Shown here: piece by piece, positions 24,261 through 36,704 of the stretch
How positions within the stretch are numbered: position 1 is the stretch's first letter
Layout: every line of letters starts with the position of its first letter
Assembly (NCBI RefSeq): GCF_039654945.1
Contig: NW_027361681.1
Span: forward strand, 3,596,001 to 3,660,000
DNA: 64,000 nucleotides
Origin: Dendrobates tinctorius
Taxonomy: Eukaryota
Direction: 5' to 3'
Notes under the pieces: generated by a model
What the model saw: only the letters and a program-made list of their open reading frames with translations
Databases searched by the model: none
Told to the model about the DNA's origin: nothing
Position numbers and translations under genes: made by a program

Positions 24261-25508
24261 CAGCTGTTGGACAAAATAATGGAAACACCTAACGTTTTGG
24301 CATCATAATCTTCGAACATGTTATAAACATGCAAACCGTGACATATGGTAATGTTTTGTAGTTGATTATTTGTGTTATGTGATGTGTATGTAAATTAACT
24401 GATTGTTTTGCAGAATTGTAAGAACATTGATGAGAACCTGATACCAATGGCAGACTTCTCAGATTTTCAAAGAGGCCAAATTGTTGGTGCTGGTATGGCA
24501 GGCGCTAGTGTAACAGAAAGTGCCCGAATGCTTGGCGTGTCAAGAGGTACTGTCTCCAAAGTAATGACTGCCTTTGAAAGAGAAGGAAAAACGTCTGCAG
24601 CAAAGCACAGGTCCGGTCGAAATTGACTGAGAGAGACCGTCGGACTCTAAAGCGAATTGTGAGAGAGGATCGCAAGACCACGGCTCCGAATATCACTGCT
24701 GAGCTCAATGAACACCTACATGACCCAGTTTCCATGAAAACTGTTCGTCGGGAGCTGCACAAATCTGGATTCCAAGGAAGGGCTGAAGTTAGAAAACCGC
24801 TGCTCTCAATGACAAATGTTTCCAAGCATTTAGAGTGGTGTAGAAACCTCCAGAATTGGTCCCTCGAGCAGTGGAAACGTGATATTCTCAGACGAATCAT
24901 CGTTTACCCTATTTCCGACCTCCGGCCGAGTGTATGGAGACAGCCGACAGAAGCATTCCATCCAGACTGCCTTCTCCCAACAGTAAAACATGGCGGAGGT
25001 TCTGTGATGATCTGGGGTGCTATTTCGTGGAGATCCGCCGGTCCAATGATATTCCTTCATGGAAGAATTAACAGCCGCGATTATTTAGGCATTTTGGGCG
25101 ACCAAGTGCATCCTATGGTTCAAGCACTGTTCCCGGAGGGGAACGCCATCTTTCATCATGATAATGCACGAATTCATACAGCTAGAATCGTTAAAGCATG
25201 GCACGAGGAACATTCTAATGAAGTTGAGCGTCTCATCTGGCCCCCAGACCTCAACATTATTGAGTATTTATGGTCGATTTTAGAGATTCAAGTTAGACGT
25301 CGATTTCCGCCGCCATCGTCGGTCAAAGAACTGGAGGGCGTTTTACCTGAAGAATGGGCTACAATTCCTTTGGAAACAATTCACACCTTGTATGAATCCA
25401 TACCTCGGAGAATTGATGCTGTAATCGCCGCAAAAGGTGGACCTACACCATATTAATCTAACTTTTGTTGATGTTTCCAGGTGTTTCCATTATTTTGTCC
25501 AACCCCTG
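24261..25508 (+). mobile_element. Tc1-family transposon, full length, transposase disrupted
   Basis: About 29-bp TIR CAG(C/G)(T/G)GTTGGACAAAATAATGGAAACACC, TA TSD; transposase 24447-25456 (MADFSDFQRGQIVG..., VKHGGGSVMIWG, HDNARIH, PDLNIIE) with frameshifts. Confidence 0.95.
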
Positions 25509-26212
25509 TATATACACAGTGAATAGTGAGTGCAGCTCTGGAGTATAATACAGGATGTAACTCGGGATCAGTAATGTATGTACACAGTGATTGTGCCAGC
25601 AGAATAGTGAGTGCAGCTCTGGAGTATAATACAGGATGTAACTCGGGATCAGTAATGTATGTTCACAGTGACTGCACCAGCAGAATAGTGAATGCAGCTC
25701 TGGAGTATAATACAGGATGTAACTCGGGATCAGTAATGTATGTACACAGTGACTGCACCAGCAGAATAGTGAGTGCAGCTCTGGAGTATAACACAGGATG
25801 TAACTCAGGATCAGTACAGGATCAGTAGTATATGTACACAGTGACTGCGCCAGCAGAATAGTGAGTGCAGCTCTGGGGTATAATACAGGATGTAACTTTG
25901 GATTCTTTGAATAGTATCATTGTATTGGACTATAAACTCAGTGAATCAGAATGTTGGACCTCATAAATCTTTCTGCAGTTATATAATGTGGTCAGTTTTG
26001 GCTTTGCCATGATGTCTGCTGAGCATGCAGGCTGCTCTACTCCCTATCCCATACTAGACATCAGGACCCAGGAGTTGGTCTGTTTGGCTGTGATATCCTG
26101 GCTTTGCTCAGTTCCATGCAGTAAAGATAACTCTCTCCCTTGTGTATACAGCAGGATGTGCTGTGTTATACTGCTTGTCTGAATGAAGTACTGTATATTT
26201 TTGCCTTTGCAG

Positions 26213-26309
26213 ATATGGAGTGAACAAGCTTGAGGAGATGCTGCGCCCCCTGGTGGACGATGGACTGAAGTGCGTGCTGATCTTTGGCGTCCCCAGTAAA
26301 GTCATAAAG
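26213..26309 (+). CDS. ALAD: ALAD coding exon 3
   Basis: [32 protein letters not shown]; 97 nt. Confidence 0.97.
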
Positions 26310-26313
26310 GTAA

Positions 26314-26595
26314 GGCGGGTTCACATTGCGTTGGGGGGGGTGTTTAACGTATCCGTTACATAGTGGCATTAACGGATGCATTAACGCACCCATAGACTGC
26401 TATAGACGAGCGCATCGCCAACGCATGTCATAATCGGCATGCGTTAGCGATGTGCCGTCATTCTGTGACGGACCCTCGGACGCGGTCTGCAGCCTCCGAG
26501 GGTCCGTCACTGCTGGCGTCTGCGCTAGCGGGATTGCATAACTCGATCCAAAAAAGGCAGTTGCGTTAGCGCAGTCCGTTTAATGCATACGTTAC
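26314..26595. mobile_element. Truncated Harbinger-type MITE at a 5' splice site
   Basis: TAA followed by TIR-like GGCGGGTTCACATTGCG; internal palindromes; right TIR not found. Confidence 0.55.
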
Positions 26596-26764
26596 AGCTG
26601 TTATGATGCTCATATTGGTTGACAGGCTTCCATGAACACAGTTGGACCCTATTCAGGAGTTTGTGGTACCATGTTTCGATGCAACGATTGTGCCCATAAT
26701 AAAGAGGCCCCTTCATCATTTGTCAGGCCTCCATCAATCACAGATTATTCTTCTCCATACTCAG

Positions 26765-26900
26765 GATGAGCAGGGATCGGCGGCCGATGCAGAGGACGCT
26801 CCCGCAATCTTGGCCATTAGGAAGATCCGCAGTCTCTTTCCCCATCTGCTCATTGCGTGTGATGTGTGCCTGTGTCCCTATACATCACATGGGCACTGCG
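26765..26900 (+). CDS. ALAD: ALAD coding exon 4 (zinc-binding cysteines)
   Basis: DEQGSAAD...[17 protein letters not shown]; 136 nt. Confidence 0.98.
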
Positions 26901-27142
26901 GTGAGTTTGTGTCTTCCGGTGTTTTACAAACTTAGAAAAATGTGTCTGCTTTCTTCCCAAAACAGCACTGCTCCCATCCACAGGTTGTGAGTGGTATTGC
27001 ACCTCTGCCTCAAACACAATAAAGCTGAGTTGTTCTACCAGACACAACCTGTGGTGAGATGTGGTGCTGTTTAATGCAACCTTGCTTTTTCATTTTAGTA
27101 TTGGTGGGATTATGTCACTCACCCTGTTCTGTGTTCTTATAG

Positions 27143-27226
27143 GAATCCTACGAGAAGATGGCAGCATCCAGAATGAGACCAGCTGTCAGCGGCTAGCAGA
27201 GGTAGCTGTGGCGTATGCACGTGCAG
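27143..27226 (+). CDS. ALAD: ALAD coding exon 5
   Basis: [27 protein letters not shown]; 84 nt. Confidence 0.97.
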
Positions 27227-27302
27227 GTAGTGTATAGCATATTTTTTTCCTGTCTCACCTCCAGCCATATTTCCACACTCAGTGCATTGATGTGTGCCAC
27301 AG

Positions 27303-27391
27303 GGTGTCACGTGATCGCTCCGTCCGACATGATGGATGGGAGAATCTGCGCTATTAAGAAAGCTTTAATATCCAATGACTTCGGGAACAGA
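27303..27391 (+). CDS. ALAD: ALAD coding exon 6
   Basis: [29 protein letters not shown]; 89 nt. Confidence 0.98.
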
Positions 27392-27681
27392 GTAAGTAAA
27401 GTTTCATCAGCTTCTATTGGACCTTACTGGGGTCTTAGGAGATTAGAAAGATGGCACTGTGGTGGATTTTCTATATTTTATAGAAACAGCTACACTCTTG
27501 TCTACAGGTTTTGACTGGTAATGCACGTCAGAGACATACTGAAATGATATAATGCAACATTGCCTGGTGCTGTATTGCTGAGAGCAGTGTTTCATCTTAG
27601 CTCGAGTTGCTCCTTTTAGGCTTAATTTTAAATATTTATATTATGTGGGTTTAAATTTTTTTTATTTTTTGTTATACCCAG

Positions 27682-27737
27682 GTTTCAGTTTTGAGTTACA
27701 GCGCAAAATTTGCCTCCTGCTTCTATGGTCCATTCAG
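27682..27737 (+). CDS. ALAD: ALAD coding exon 7 (Lys199)
   Basis: VSVLSYSAKFASCFYGPFR; 56 nt. Confidence 0.98.
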
Positions 27738-30213
27738 GTCAGTTCCGGGGATGGGGTCATGTGTCATGGGCTCTGCGACTTTGTGGGATGCCTTAATTTT
27801 TAGGCTTGTGCCGTGATAAGTTGTCCTTGAAGCTGGATTAATTTTGCATTGTGTGATTTGGCCACTCCGCTGTCTAGAGGGTTAAAGGTCTGGGTGGCGT
27901 CCTAGCCGTGCCCTCCTGCACTTTGTACCAGAGTAGTTGAGCTATTGGAAACAGTCAGTGACACTTTTGCATGGTGATCTCACTACATACCGATTTCACT
28001 ATAGAAAGGTGCCGTTTACGCCAGCAGTGATTGGTATTTTTCTCTAGTCATCATCTTCCACGACAGCATAGGAGGTTGTCTCCACTGCCTAATAGAGGAC
28101 AGGAAGCACAAAGAGGTTAAAAGCCCCTCCCACCTCCTATTCACCAGTGTGTTTTCTGTCCCCCATGGGCATGGAGTGTTTTTTTTTTTTTTTTGCTTTT
28201 TCCATATGCTGCGTGGCCAGCGCTGCAATGTACCTGGTTTTGAAGCCGGGCAGTGGTGGTAGTGGGCTCCGCTCTCCTCCTCCGTTCTGCTCCAGTCTCC
28301 CTGCTTGCGGTTGATTCCGGACCTTCCTGGCCCTCCTGCGCTACCGCTGGGGATAAAGCGGGCCAGTGATCCCCATAGCCCGGAGGCTTTCCAGAGCTTT
28401 CCGGCTTCCTCCCCCTCAACGCACGCTGTTCAGCGACCCGGAAGTGATGTACTATGCGCGAGTCACTTCCGGGCCTTGCGCTCCACTCTGGAACGTATCC
28501 CCTTTTGGTTTTGGCCGTCTGCAGCCTCCGAACGGCGGCGTGCAGAGCACGCTGAACCAGCTGACGCCTGCTCAGGACCCAGAGGGAGAAGAGAGGAAAT
28601 TGTATGGCGCTGAAGGCAGGGTTTATTCCTATGTAAGCCTGCCGGAAGACACATCCAGGTAACGTTAATCCCTGCAGTATGGATGGTGTGTCTGCTTCCT
28701 GCCCTACATCTGCAGATCCCAGCGCTGCCCCAGCCCCTGTGGTGGGGAGGGTCCTAGCCATGGTCCTGGGTTCTCTCCCTTCTCTTCCTAGGGAGACAAG
28801 TCTGCCCACAAAAACCTGGCTAAGAAGGTCCTTAAGTGTGCCATCTGCAATAAGAAGCTTCCCTCTCTATGGAAGAAGAAGCTATGTCAGGAGTGTACGG
28901 ATAACGTGGTTAGGGCTGAACATCCCTCGCTCCAGGATGAGATACGTACTTTAGTTAAGCAGGAGGTACAATCCTCCTTAGCTACCTTTTCACCTCCACC
29001 TCCTTCTCCAGGACCATCTCCTCCTAAGAACAGAAGACTCCAAATTGAGGATTCTGACTCGGTTTCTGAAGACTATTATGGCTCAGCTTCAGATAGATGG
29101 GAAGAATCATCCCATAAAATCTTTTTTTTTTTTTTTTTTCAACGGAATTCATGGAGGAGTCAATTAGTGCAGTCTGTAACACTATGGGCTTGGAGGAGGA
29201 ACAAGTTCACCAAACAATCCAAGATGAAATGTTTGGAGGGTTAAAAGCAGGGAGGCAGATTGGGTTTCCCGGTCCATGAAAAAATCATGAACATGATCTC
29301 CCAAGAGTGGGAGTCCCCGAAGAAGTGGCTGACTACCCCCTCGGAACTTAAACATAGGTTTCCTCTGGAGGGCGAATCAGTTAGCTGGGATGTTCCTAAA
29401 GTGGATGTGCAGGTGGCGAGCGTAACCAAGAAAACTGCACTCACCTTTGAGGACTCATCCCAACTTAAGAACCCAATGGATAAGAAGGTGGAGAGCCTGC
29501 TGAAAAAATCCTGGGAGACCTACCCCCCCTCACCGAAGACCAACATAGCTTCCACCTGTGTTGCCAGATCCCTCTTCCGGTGGATGGATCAATTAGGGAA
29601 TCACATCTCTCAGGGGACCTAAAGAGGGGAGTTGTTAGAGTCCCTTCCGTTACTTAAAAAGGCAACAAGATTCTTGGCGGACTCCTCTGCTGAATCTGTT
29701 CGCATCGCTGCTAGGTCCCTGGTCCACTCCAGCTCTGCTAGAAGGGCTCTGTGGCTTAAAGTGTGGAGTGGGGATGTCACTTCTAAGGTTAAACTGTTCC
29801 ATCCCCTTTAAGGGTGAATATGTCTTCGGACCAGCCCTTGATGACATACTGGAGAAGGCCACAGACAGACAGAAAGAAGACTCTTCCTGAGCAGAAGTCT
29901 GCCAAGAAGCGTCTTTTTCGTTCCTCTCTGCCTCAGACCCCTCAAGCCAAGGGTAAAGGAAAAACCGGGAGGTGGAGCTACGCTAAGGGGAAAGGCTGGA
30001 ACATCCTTGTCCCCCAGCAGCAGTACCAAAACAAGCAATGACTCCGCCACCATAGGAGGGAGGCTTTCGAATTTCTTCCATCAATGGCTGGCCATTTCCA
30101 GTTGCCAGTGGGTCCTCGATGTTTTCAGGGAGGGCCTCTTTATAGAGTTCGAATCCTCCCCTCCTCGGGGTATAAGAGTCGCCTTCCTACCGTCTTAGGG
30201 AGCCCAGGACTTA

Positions 30214-30652
30214 AGGCCCCGTCACACATAACGACTCACCAGCGATCCCGACAATGATATCAACGTGTCAGGATCGCTGGTAAGTCGCTATGTGATCGCT
30301 GGTGAGCTGTCAAACAGACAGCTTCACCAGCAATCAGCACAGACGCCCAGCGCGCGTCGTCGCTGTGTTCGTTAGTTACCAGCGCGCTCATGCAGGGGGC
30401 TGGTAACTAACGTACACATTGAGTATCCAAGGGACGTGCGTCCCTTGAATACCCGATGTGTACGTTAGTTACCAGCTGATCGCTGGTCTCCCGCCTGTCA
30501 CACGCAGCAATGCGTGCTGTCCAGCGGGAGACCAGTGACCAAAGAAAAGTCCTGGGCTTTCCTACAGCGAACCCGGCACAGGGGGGCCTGTCGCTGATCG
30601 CTGTGACTCAGCAGCGATCTCGCTAGCGAGATCGCTATGTGTGACGGGGCCT
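30214..30652. mobile_element. PIF/Harbinger-type MITE inside DIRS pol
   Basis: TIR AGGCCCCGTCACACATA / TATGTGTGACGGGGCCT; TSD TTA. Confidence 0.9.
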
Positions 30653-32668
30653 TTACTGATATCCAGTCTTCAGGATCTGCTAGGATCAAAGGCAATCTCC
30701 CCCAGTACCAGTGGACGAGTGGGGAAGAGGTCACTACTCCCGCCTCTTTGTTGTGAAAAAACCTTCAGGAGATGCGCACATTATAATAAATTTGAAAGGG
30801 CTCAACCATCATATTGTGTATCGAAGATTCAAGATGTAGTTAGTGAAATCAGCAATTCCACTGATAGGACCTCATTTCTTTATGGCAACCATCGACCTGA
30901 AGGATGCTTATTTTCACATCCCAATTCATCCTCGCCACAGGAAATATCTGAGATTTGCAGTCCTACAAAACTAGTAGGTGAAGCACTATCAGTACAACAT
31001 GCTCCCCTTCGGCATTTCTTCTGCACCAAGGGTGTTCTCCAAGATAATGTCAGAGGTAGTGACCTACATCTGGGGGCAGGTAATCTGTATTGTGCCTTAT
31101 CTGGACAATCTCCTAATTATAGCTCCATCTGCTCAGACTCTCATGTACTGAGGTCACTGGACATTTTTACAATCCCTGGGATAGCTCTCAAAACTAAAAA
31201 AGTCAGATCTCCAACGCTCCACAACAAGAAGGTTCTTATGAGTGATATTGAACTCAAAAAAGCAGATGTCCTTCCCACCAGAAGATCATCGCCTGACTCT
31301 GATAGCCAAAATCTCCGAGTATGCATTTCCTCCGATTCCGATGCTGGCAAAGACTCTTCGTAAGATCCGGGAATATCGGGTACCAACCATCCTAGAGGCT
31401 CCAATGTGGCCAAAAAGGAATGGTTCAACCTTGTCATCGATCTCTGGGTGGATTGTCCAATCCCGTTGCCACCGGACACCGATCTTCTCTCGCAGGGACC
31501 TCTGCATCATCCGAACCCTCAAAAACTGAAGTTGGCTGCTTGGCTACTGAGGCCCAGGTGTTGCATGCACAGGGGCTTTTGGGCAAAGTTATTGCCACCT
31601 TACAAATGTCCAGAAAACCTGTCACTAATGCCATTTACAACAAAGTATGGAAAAAGATTTCATCCTGGTGCATGCCTAATGCACCATATCCATTCCACCC
31701 CAACATCTCACAAATATTGGACTCTGCCCTGAGCTCTGTATTTGATCAGGACTTAGCCAACCATTGTTGGATTAAAAGGTTCATGGTGTCAGCCCTTAAA
31801 CTCTGTGTCCCAGGAAACAGTATGTTATTCCCTCATGGGATCTAAATATAGTCTTTAAGGGCCTCACACAAACCCCTTTTGAACCTTTATCCTCCTGTAG
31901 CCATCAGCTTCTTGCAAAGCAGCCTTCTTGGTAGCTATAACTACAGCAAGACGTATAGAGGACCTGCAGGCATTGTCTTTAAGAGAACCTTATCTAATAA
32001 TCTGAGACGATTGTATAGTTCTCCATCTTGATTCATCCTTTTTGCCCAAAGTAGTGTCTGATTTTCACTGTTGACAGGACATCGTCCTCCCCTCCTTTTG
32101 CAAGAATCCAACAAATGCAAAGGAAGAGGAATTCCATACTCTCGATGTTTGGCGTACAATTTTGTACTACCTGGGACAAACCAAATCATGGAGAATTGAC
32201 CAGAATCTGTTTGTCCATCCATCAGGTCGAAATAGGGGAAAGAAGGTGGCGAAGAGCACCATCGTAAATTGGATCAAGATGGCTATATCTCAAACATATC
32301 TAGCCCTGAATATAACCCCCCTCCTGCTGGAGTCAAGGCTCATTCTACAAGATCTACCTCGACCTCCTGGGCTGAGAGCTGGCGCATCCACCGAGCAGAT
32401 TTGCAGGGCTGCTACATAGTGTTCACTTCATACATTTACCAGACACTATAGATTGGACTTGTTGTCCAATAGGGATTTAGCCTTTGGCCGGAAAGTTCTT
32501 CAGGCTGTTGTGCACCCAGTGCAGAATTGGTTGGTATTCCTCCTATGCTGTCGTGGAAGATGACTAGAGAAAATAGAATTAGTTTTACCGGTAATCAGGT
32601 TTCTAGGAACCTTCCACAACAGCACTATTTGCCTCCCTATGTTCCTTGGATAATTCCTGGGAGTCTAA

Positions 32669-33316
32669 GGGTATGTGCACACATTGCGGATTTGGCCCTG
32701 CGGATCCGCAGCAGTTTTCCAAGGGATGTACAGTACCATGTTATCCTATGGAAAACAAAAACCGCTGTTCACATGCTGCCTAATATTCCGCGCAGAAACA
32801 CAGCTGTTTGTTTTCTGCAGCATGTCAATTCTTTGTGCGGATTCCACAGCGTTTTTACACTTGTTCCATTCTAGGAATCCGCAGGTGTAAAAATGCAGGC
32901 GAAATCTGCAGTAAATCCGCAGGTAAAACGCAGACATTTTGACCTGCAGATTCTGCACGGAAAAATCCACACACGAATCCGCAACGTCTGCACATACCCT
33001 AAGGCGGTGTGCACATGTAAGCGTTGTTTTTGCGTTTTTAAGCGTTTTTACCAGCAAAAATGCTTAAACGCTTGCAAGACTCATCCCATTCATTTTAGTG
33101 AATTCTGCACTTTTTGTGCATATTGATGCGTTTTTTTCGCGGAAAAAACGCATCGCGGTAAACGCAACATGCTCATTAATTTTGTGAAAAAAATCCGCAT
33201 TTCTAGCTATTTTCTATGAGACTGGGGACGCCCGGAAAAAAACGCATAAACGCGCGTTTTCTAGGAAGGAGTCCGGTTTTCATGCAGAAATTTTCTGCAT
33301 ACGTGGGCACATAGCC
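32669..33316. mobile_element. Two adjacent Harbinger-type MITEs (32669-32999 and 33003-33316) sharing a TAA
   Basis: TAA-GGGTATGTGCAC...GCACATACCC-TAA-GGCGGTGTGCAC...GCACATAGCC-TAA. Confidence 0.85.
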
Positions 33317-33335
33317 TAAGGTAACCAGTGCTGCT

Positions 33336-33480
33336 ATTATTATTATTATTATTATTATTTAATATTTATATAGCGCCATTGGTTCCATGGTGCTGTACAT
33401 GAGAGGGGGTTACATACAAATTACAGATATCACTTACAGTAAACTAACAATCACAGACTGATATAGAGGGGAGAGAGGAC
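33336..33480 (-). mobile_element. Short L2-like LINE/SINE 3' end
   Basis: (TAT)n followed by ATTTATATAGCGCC, the reverse complement of the 3' end seen near 48100. Confidence 0.6.
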
Positions 33481-33990
33481 TATGGTGTTGGTTGTAAGTC
33501 ACTAGCGAATGGGAGGGTCTTTTAAACTCTTTGTGCTTCCTGTGCGCCATTAGAGCGTGGAGACAACCTCCTATGCTGTCGTGGAAGGTTCCTAGAAACC
33601 GAATTACCTATAAGACTAATTCTTTTTGTTTGTTTTGTTGTTTTTTTTTTTTGGGGGGGGGGGGAGGTAGGGCTGTTCAGATGAATACATAGACAGCCAG
33701 GTCTGCCAGAGAGGGTGCCGATGTACACCACTAAACAGTGGTCCCATATAGAGATGAGCAAATATATTTGCAGGATCCTGGTCCTGTGGCCACGTCCTTA
33801 AATCTGTATACTTCAGAGACTACGTATAGGGCCACAGGTACCAATAGGTTAACTGCAACCATGAAGAAGGCACAGGATGGCTCTACTTCAGAGTGCCCCT
33901 ACTCCTGCAGAGTAATGCTAAGGTCAGAGATGGCCGCTGCTGTCATGGGGTCGGGTATTCTAACTCGTATGTTTCCTCTCTCTATTACAG

Positions 33991-34078
33991 AGACGCAGCT
34001 CAGTCCAAGCCTGCATTCGGTGACCGGAAATGTTATCAGTTACCTCCCGGGGCCAGAGGACTGGCCAGCAGGGCGGTG
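33991..34078 (+). CDS. ALAD: ALAD coding exon 8
   Basis: [29 protein letters not shown]; 88 nt. Confidence 0.98.
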
Positions 34079-34192
34079 GTAAGAAGGCAGACACTACACC
34101 TTACAGATCTCCTTTAAGACCTATTCACATGATCCAGAGTGATATCCAATCGGGTTATATGGCAATTCATGATACATGATGATTTGTTTTAA

Positions 34193-34533
34193 AGTGGTTT
34201 TCCACTGCTTGGATACTGTTGGCCTCTCCTTGGTATAACTCATCAATATCTGATCATGGGAGTCCATACCTGGCACCCCACCAATCAGCTGTTTGGCATT
34301 TTGTATGGAAGCAGTGCAGCAGCTCTCTGTACACCACATAGTGGCCACAATTTGGTACTGCAGCTCAGCTCACATTCACTTTAATAGGAAGCCATTGCAT
34401 GGAGCTGTGGGGTCCTGGCACCTTACAATGCTTAAAATCAGGAGCTGCAAACAGCTGATCGGGGGGGTGTTAAGTCTAGAATCACTGATTTGGTACTCGT
34501 GGCTCAACAGTATCTAAGTACTGGGCTACCACT
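34193..34533. mobile_element. Kolobok/T2-type MITE
   Basis: TTAA-AGTGGTT...TACCACT-TTAA with internal inverted repeats. Confidence 0.6.
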
Positions 34534-34565
34534 TTAAGACACGTCATGTTTTCTTATTTGGATAG

Positions 34566-34673
<108 letters not shown>

Positions 34674-35122
34674 TAATGATGATGTCTGTAAGTAGGAATA
34701 GGATGGTGCTATATAAAGGAGTACAATTTAAATAAAGAAGTTCAGTAAGTTGCACTTTCTTATCGACAGCTCCAAATTCCCCCTACAGCCCACATAGTTA
34801 TGATTTTTTTTTTTTTTTTTTTTTTTGCTGCTTTTTGCCCACCACCAATGGGGGGGCTCACTGTATGCACATTGCACTCTATATAAACAGTATGAGGGAG
34901 CTCCCCCTAGTGGTGGCTGCAGACACAGTATTTTAGCTCTATGCAGAGATTTTGGAGCGCTGTATCGGCACAGGATGCTGGACGTAACAATTTCAAACTC
35001 CTGATATAAAGCGAGGAATTACATAGATGACAGATAATTGTCTTCCCTTCCTGCTTCCTTTAGTTCCAGTAAAGATAGGAGCAGAAGATTTAATCTAACT
35101 AATGGTCCCCTCCATATTTCAG

Positions 35123-35252
35123 CACCCTGACCTGCCACTAGCCGTGTACCACGTGTCGGGGGAGTATGCCATGCTGTGGCACGGAGCAAAGGCCGGAGCT
35201 TTTGACTTGAAGATAGCTGTATTAGAAGCCATGACTGGATTCAGGAGAGCGG
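35123..35252 (+). CDS. ALAD: ALAD coding exon 10
   Basis: [43 protein letters not shown]; 130 nt. Confidence 0.98.
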
Positions 35253-35742
35253 GTGAGTGTAATATTTAAGGAAAAGCTGGGTGATTGCCAGAAATGGTCA
35301 CTGTACTATCAGGGTTGTCGCCCAGCTTTCCTAGACTCCTGATTGCATTGTGATATTGGCAAAGGGGAATGAGCTATAGCATTTGTAATCAGATTCACTG
35401 AGCGTTATCATGGCAGCAATGCTGGTGTTGGCCCAGAAACAGCGTCACATCTGTCTAATGGTCATGTCTGGTATTGCAGCTCAGCTAAATTGCAGTGACT
35501 GTGGTTGAGCTGCAGTACCACACACAACCTGCAGGCATGTGTGGTGCTGGTTTTTGTTTTGTGTGAGAAATAGTGATGAGCAAGGTGTTATCTGATGACA
35601 CTTGTGTGCTAAGAGTATCTGTGGCGTGCTTGGATAACACCTCATTGGAGCACATTTGCTCATCACTAGTTAAAGGGAGTAGTATGTGGTTTCTTTTTTC
35701 TAAGGACTTTTGCGCGGTTTGATAATTCTTCTTCTCTTGCAG

Positions 35743-35804
35743 GTGCTGACATCATCATCACTTACTACGTCCCACAACTCCTCAAATGGGTGAAGGAACT
35801 GTAA
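35743..35804 (+). CDS. ALAD: ALAD coding exon 11 (stop)
   Basis: GADIIITYYVPQLLKWVKEL*; exon lengths sum to 993 nt, i.e. 330 aa plus stop. Confidence 0.98.
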
Positions 35805-36634
35805 GGCGACTGGAGTCAGCACTGATGTCCCTGGAGCCAAGAGCAGCGCCAATATCTGTACCGGCTTCCTGATTATTACTCAGATCAGTTCACTATAATA
35901 GCCTTGTGCTGGGAGTATTAGTACCCCCTTCAGGCTGGGTGCAAATCGCCTATGAATAATCAATATGAATAGATTTTTTTAATTCCTTGCATCAAACGGG
36001 GAGCACTGTATATGACACTAGATGGAAATGGGTCTCAAGTAGATTATTGGTATAATGCACAGACTTACATTTTACCTTTCTTCTGCTTTAACCCACCCCT
36101 CCCCCCCCCCCCCCCCCCCAAAAAAAAAAAAGGGGCTTTCCTGTCCAAGCAAGTTGTTACCTGCCCTTGGAAACGTGATAACTGGTAAACCTATGAAGGA
36201 CCCATTCAGTTCCTTCTAGCCAGAGGACTATAGGGGAAAACGTCAGCCCCCTGTTCTGGTGATCACTAGATGTCCCACAACGTGTTTAGGGTGGAAAACA
36301 CCTTAAACTCTTTTGCTGTAATCTTGTTTTATTGAAGTTTTAATTGTAAATGGGTTGTGAAGCACCACTCTCTTCTGATGAAAAGGAGATGCTCATGATG
36401 TTTGCCAGTGGCGCCCGTATCCCAGGAGATAGGTGGGAACATGATAATGGCACCCGAAATGGAAGTGAACAGTGCTGGATAATCCCTTTAAAATATGTTT
36501 TATACCTGATTTTAGAGTATTCATACGTCATATTGTGCAGTCATTTCGCAGCATTACGTTTTAGTCTTCTGTTTTCGGCTAATATGTGAAGACATTGTAC
36601 ATGATACAAAGATTCTAACTATGAAGTAATAGAA

Positions 36635-36655
36635 AATAAAAAAAAAATTATTAAA
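36635..36655 (+). terminator. Candidate ALAD polyadenylation signals
   Basis: AATAAA 36635-36640 and ATTAAA 36650-36655 followed by T-rich sequence. Confidence 0.5.
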
Positions 36656-36704
36656 ATTGTGACATCTTTTATTTATTACAACTCTGTTCTTGAATGTCAC
36701 CTAA

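Larger units (their letters stand above)
18240..25900. repeat. Intronic minisatellite, about 81-bp unit (longer variants), hosting many insertions
   Basis: Unit TCAGTAATGTATGTACACAGTGACTGCACCAGCAGAATAGTGAGTGCAGCTCTGGGGTATAATACAGGATGTAACTCAGGA in blocks 18240-19601, 20064-20505, 21426-21884 and 25509-25900. Confidence 0.97.
28037..33627 (+). mobile_element. Second DIRS1-type element, degenerate and internally deleted, in an ALAD intron
   Basis: Left ITR about 28037-28160, ICR about 32535-32625, right ITR about 33500-33627; gag, RT and YR remnants homologous to 3296-8528; RNase H deleted (junction LIAKISE|YAFPP near 31320). Confidence 0.93.
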
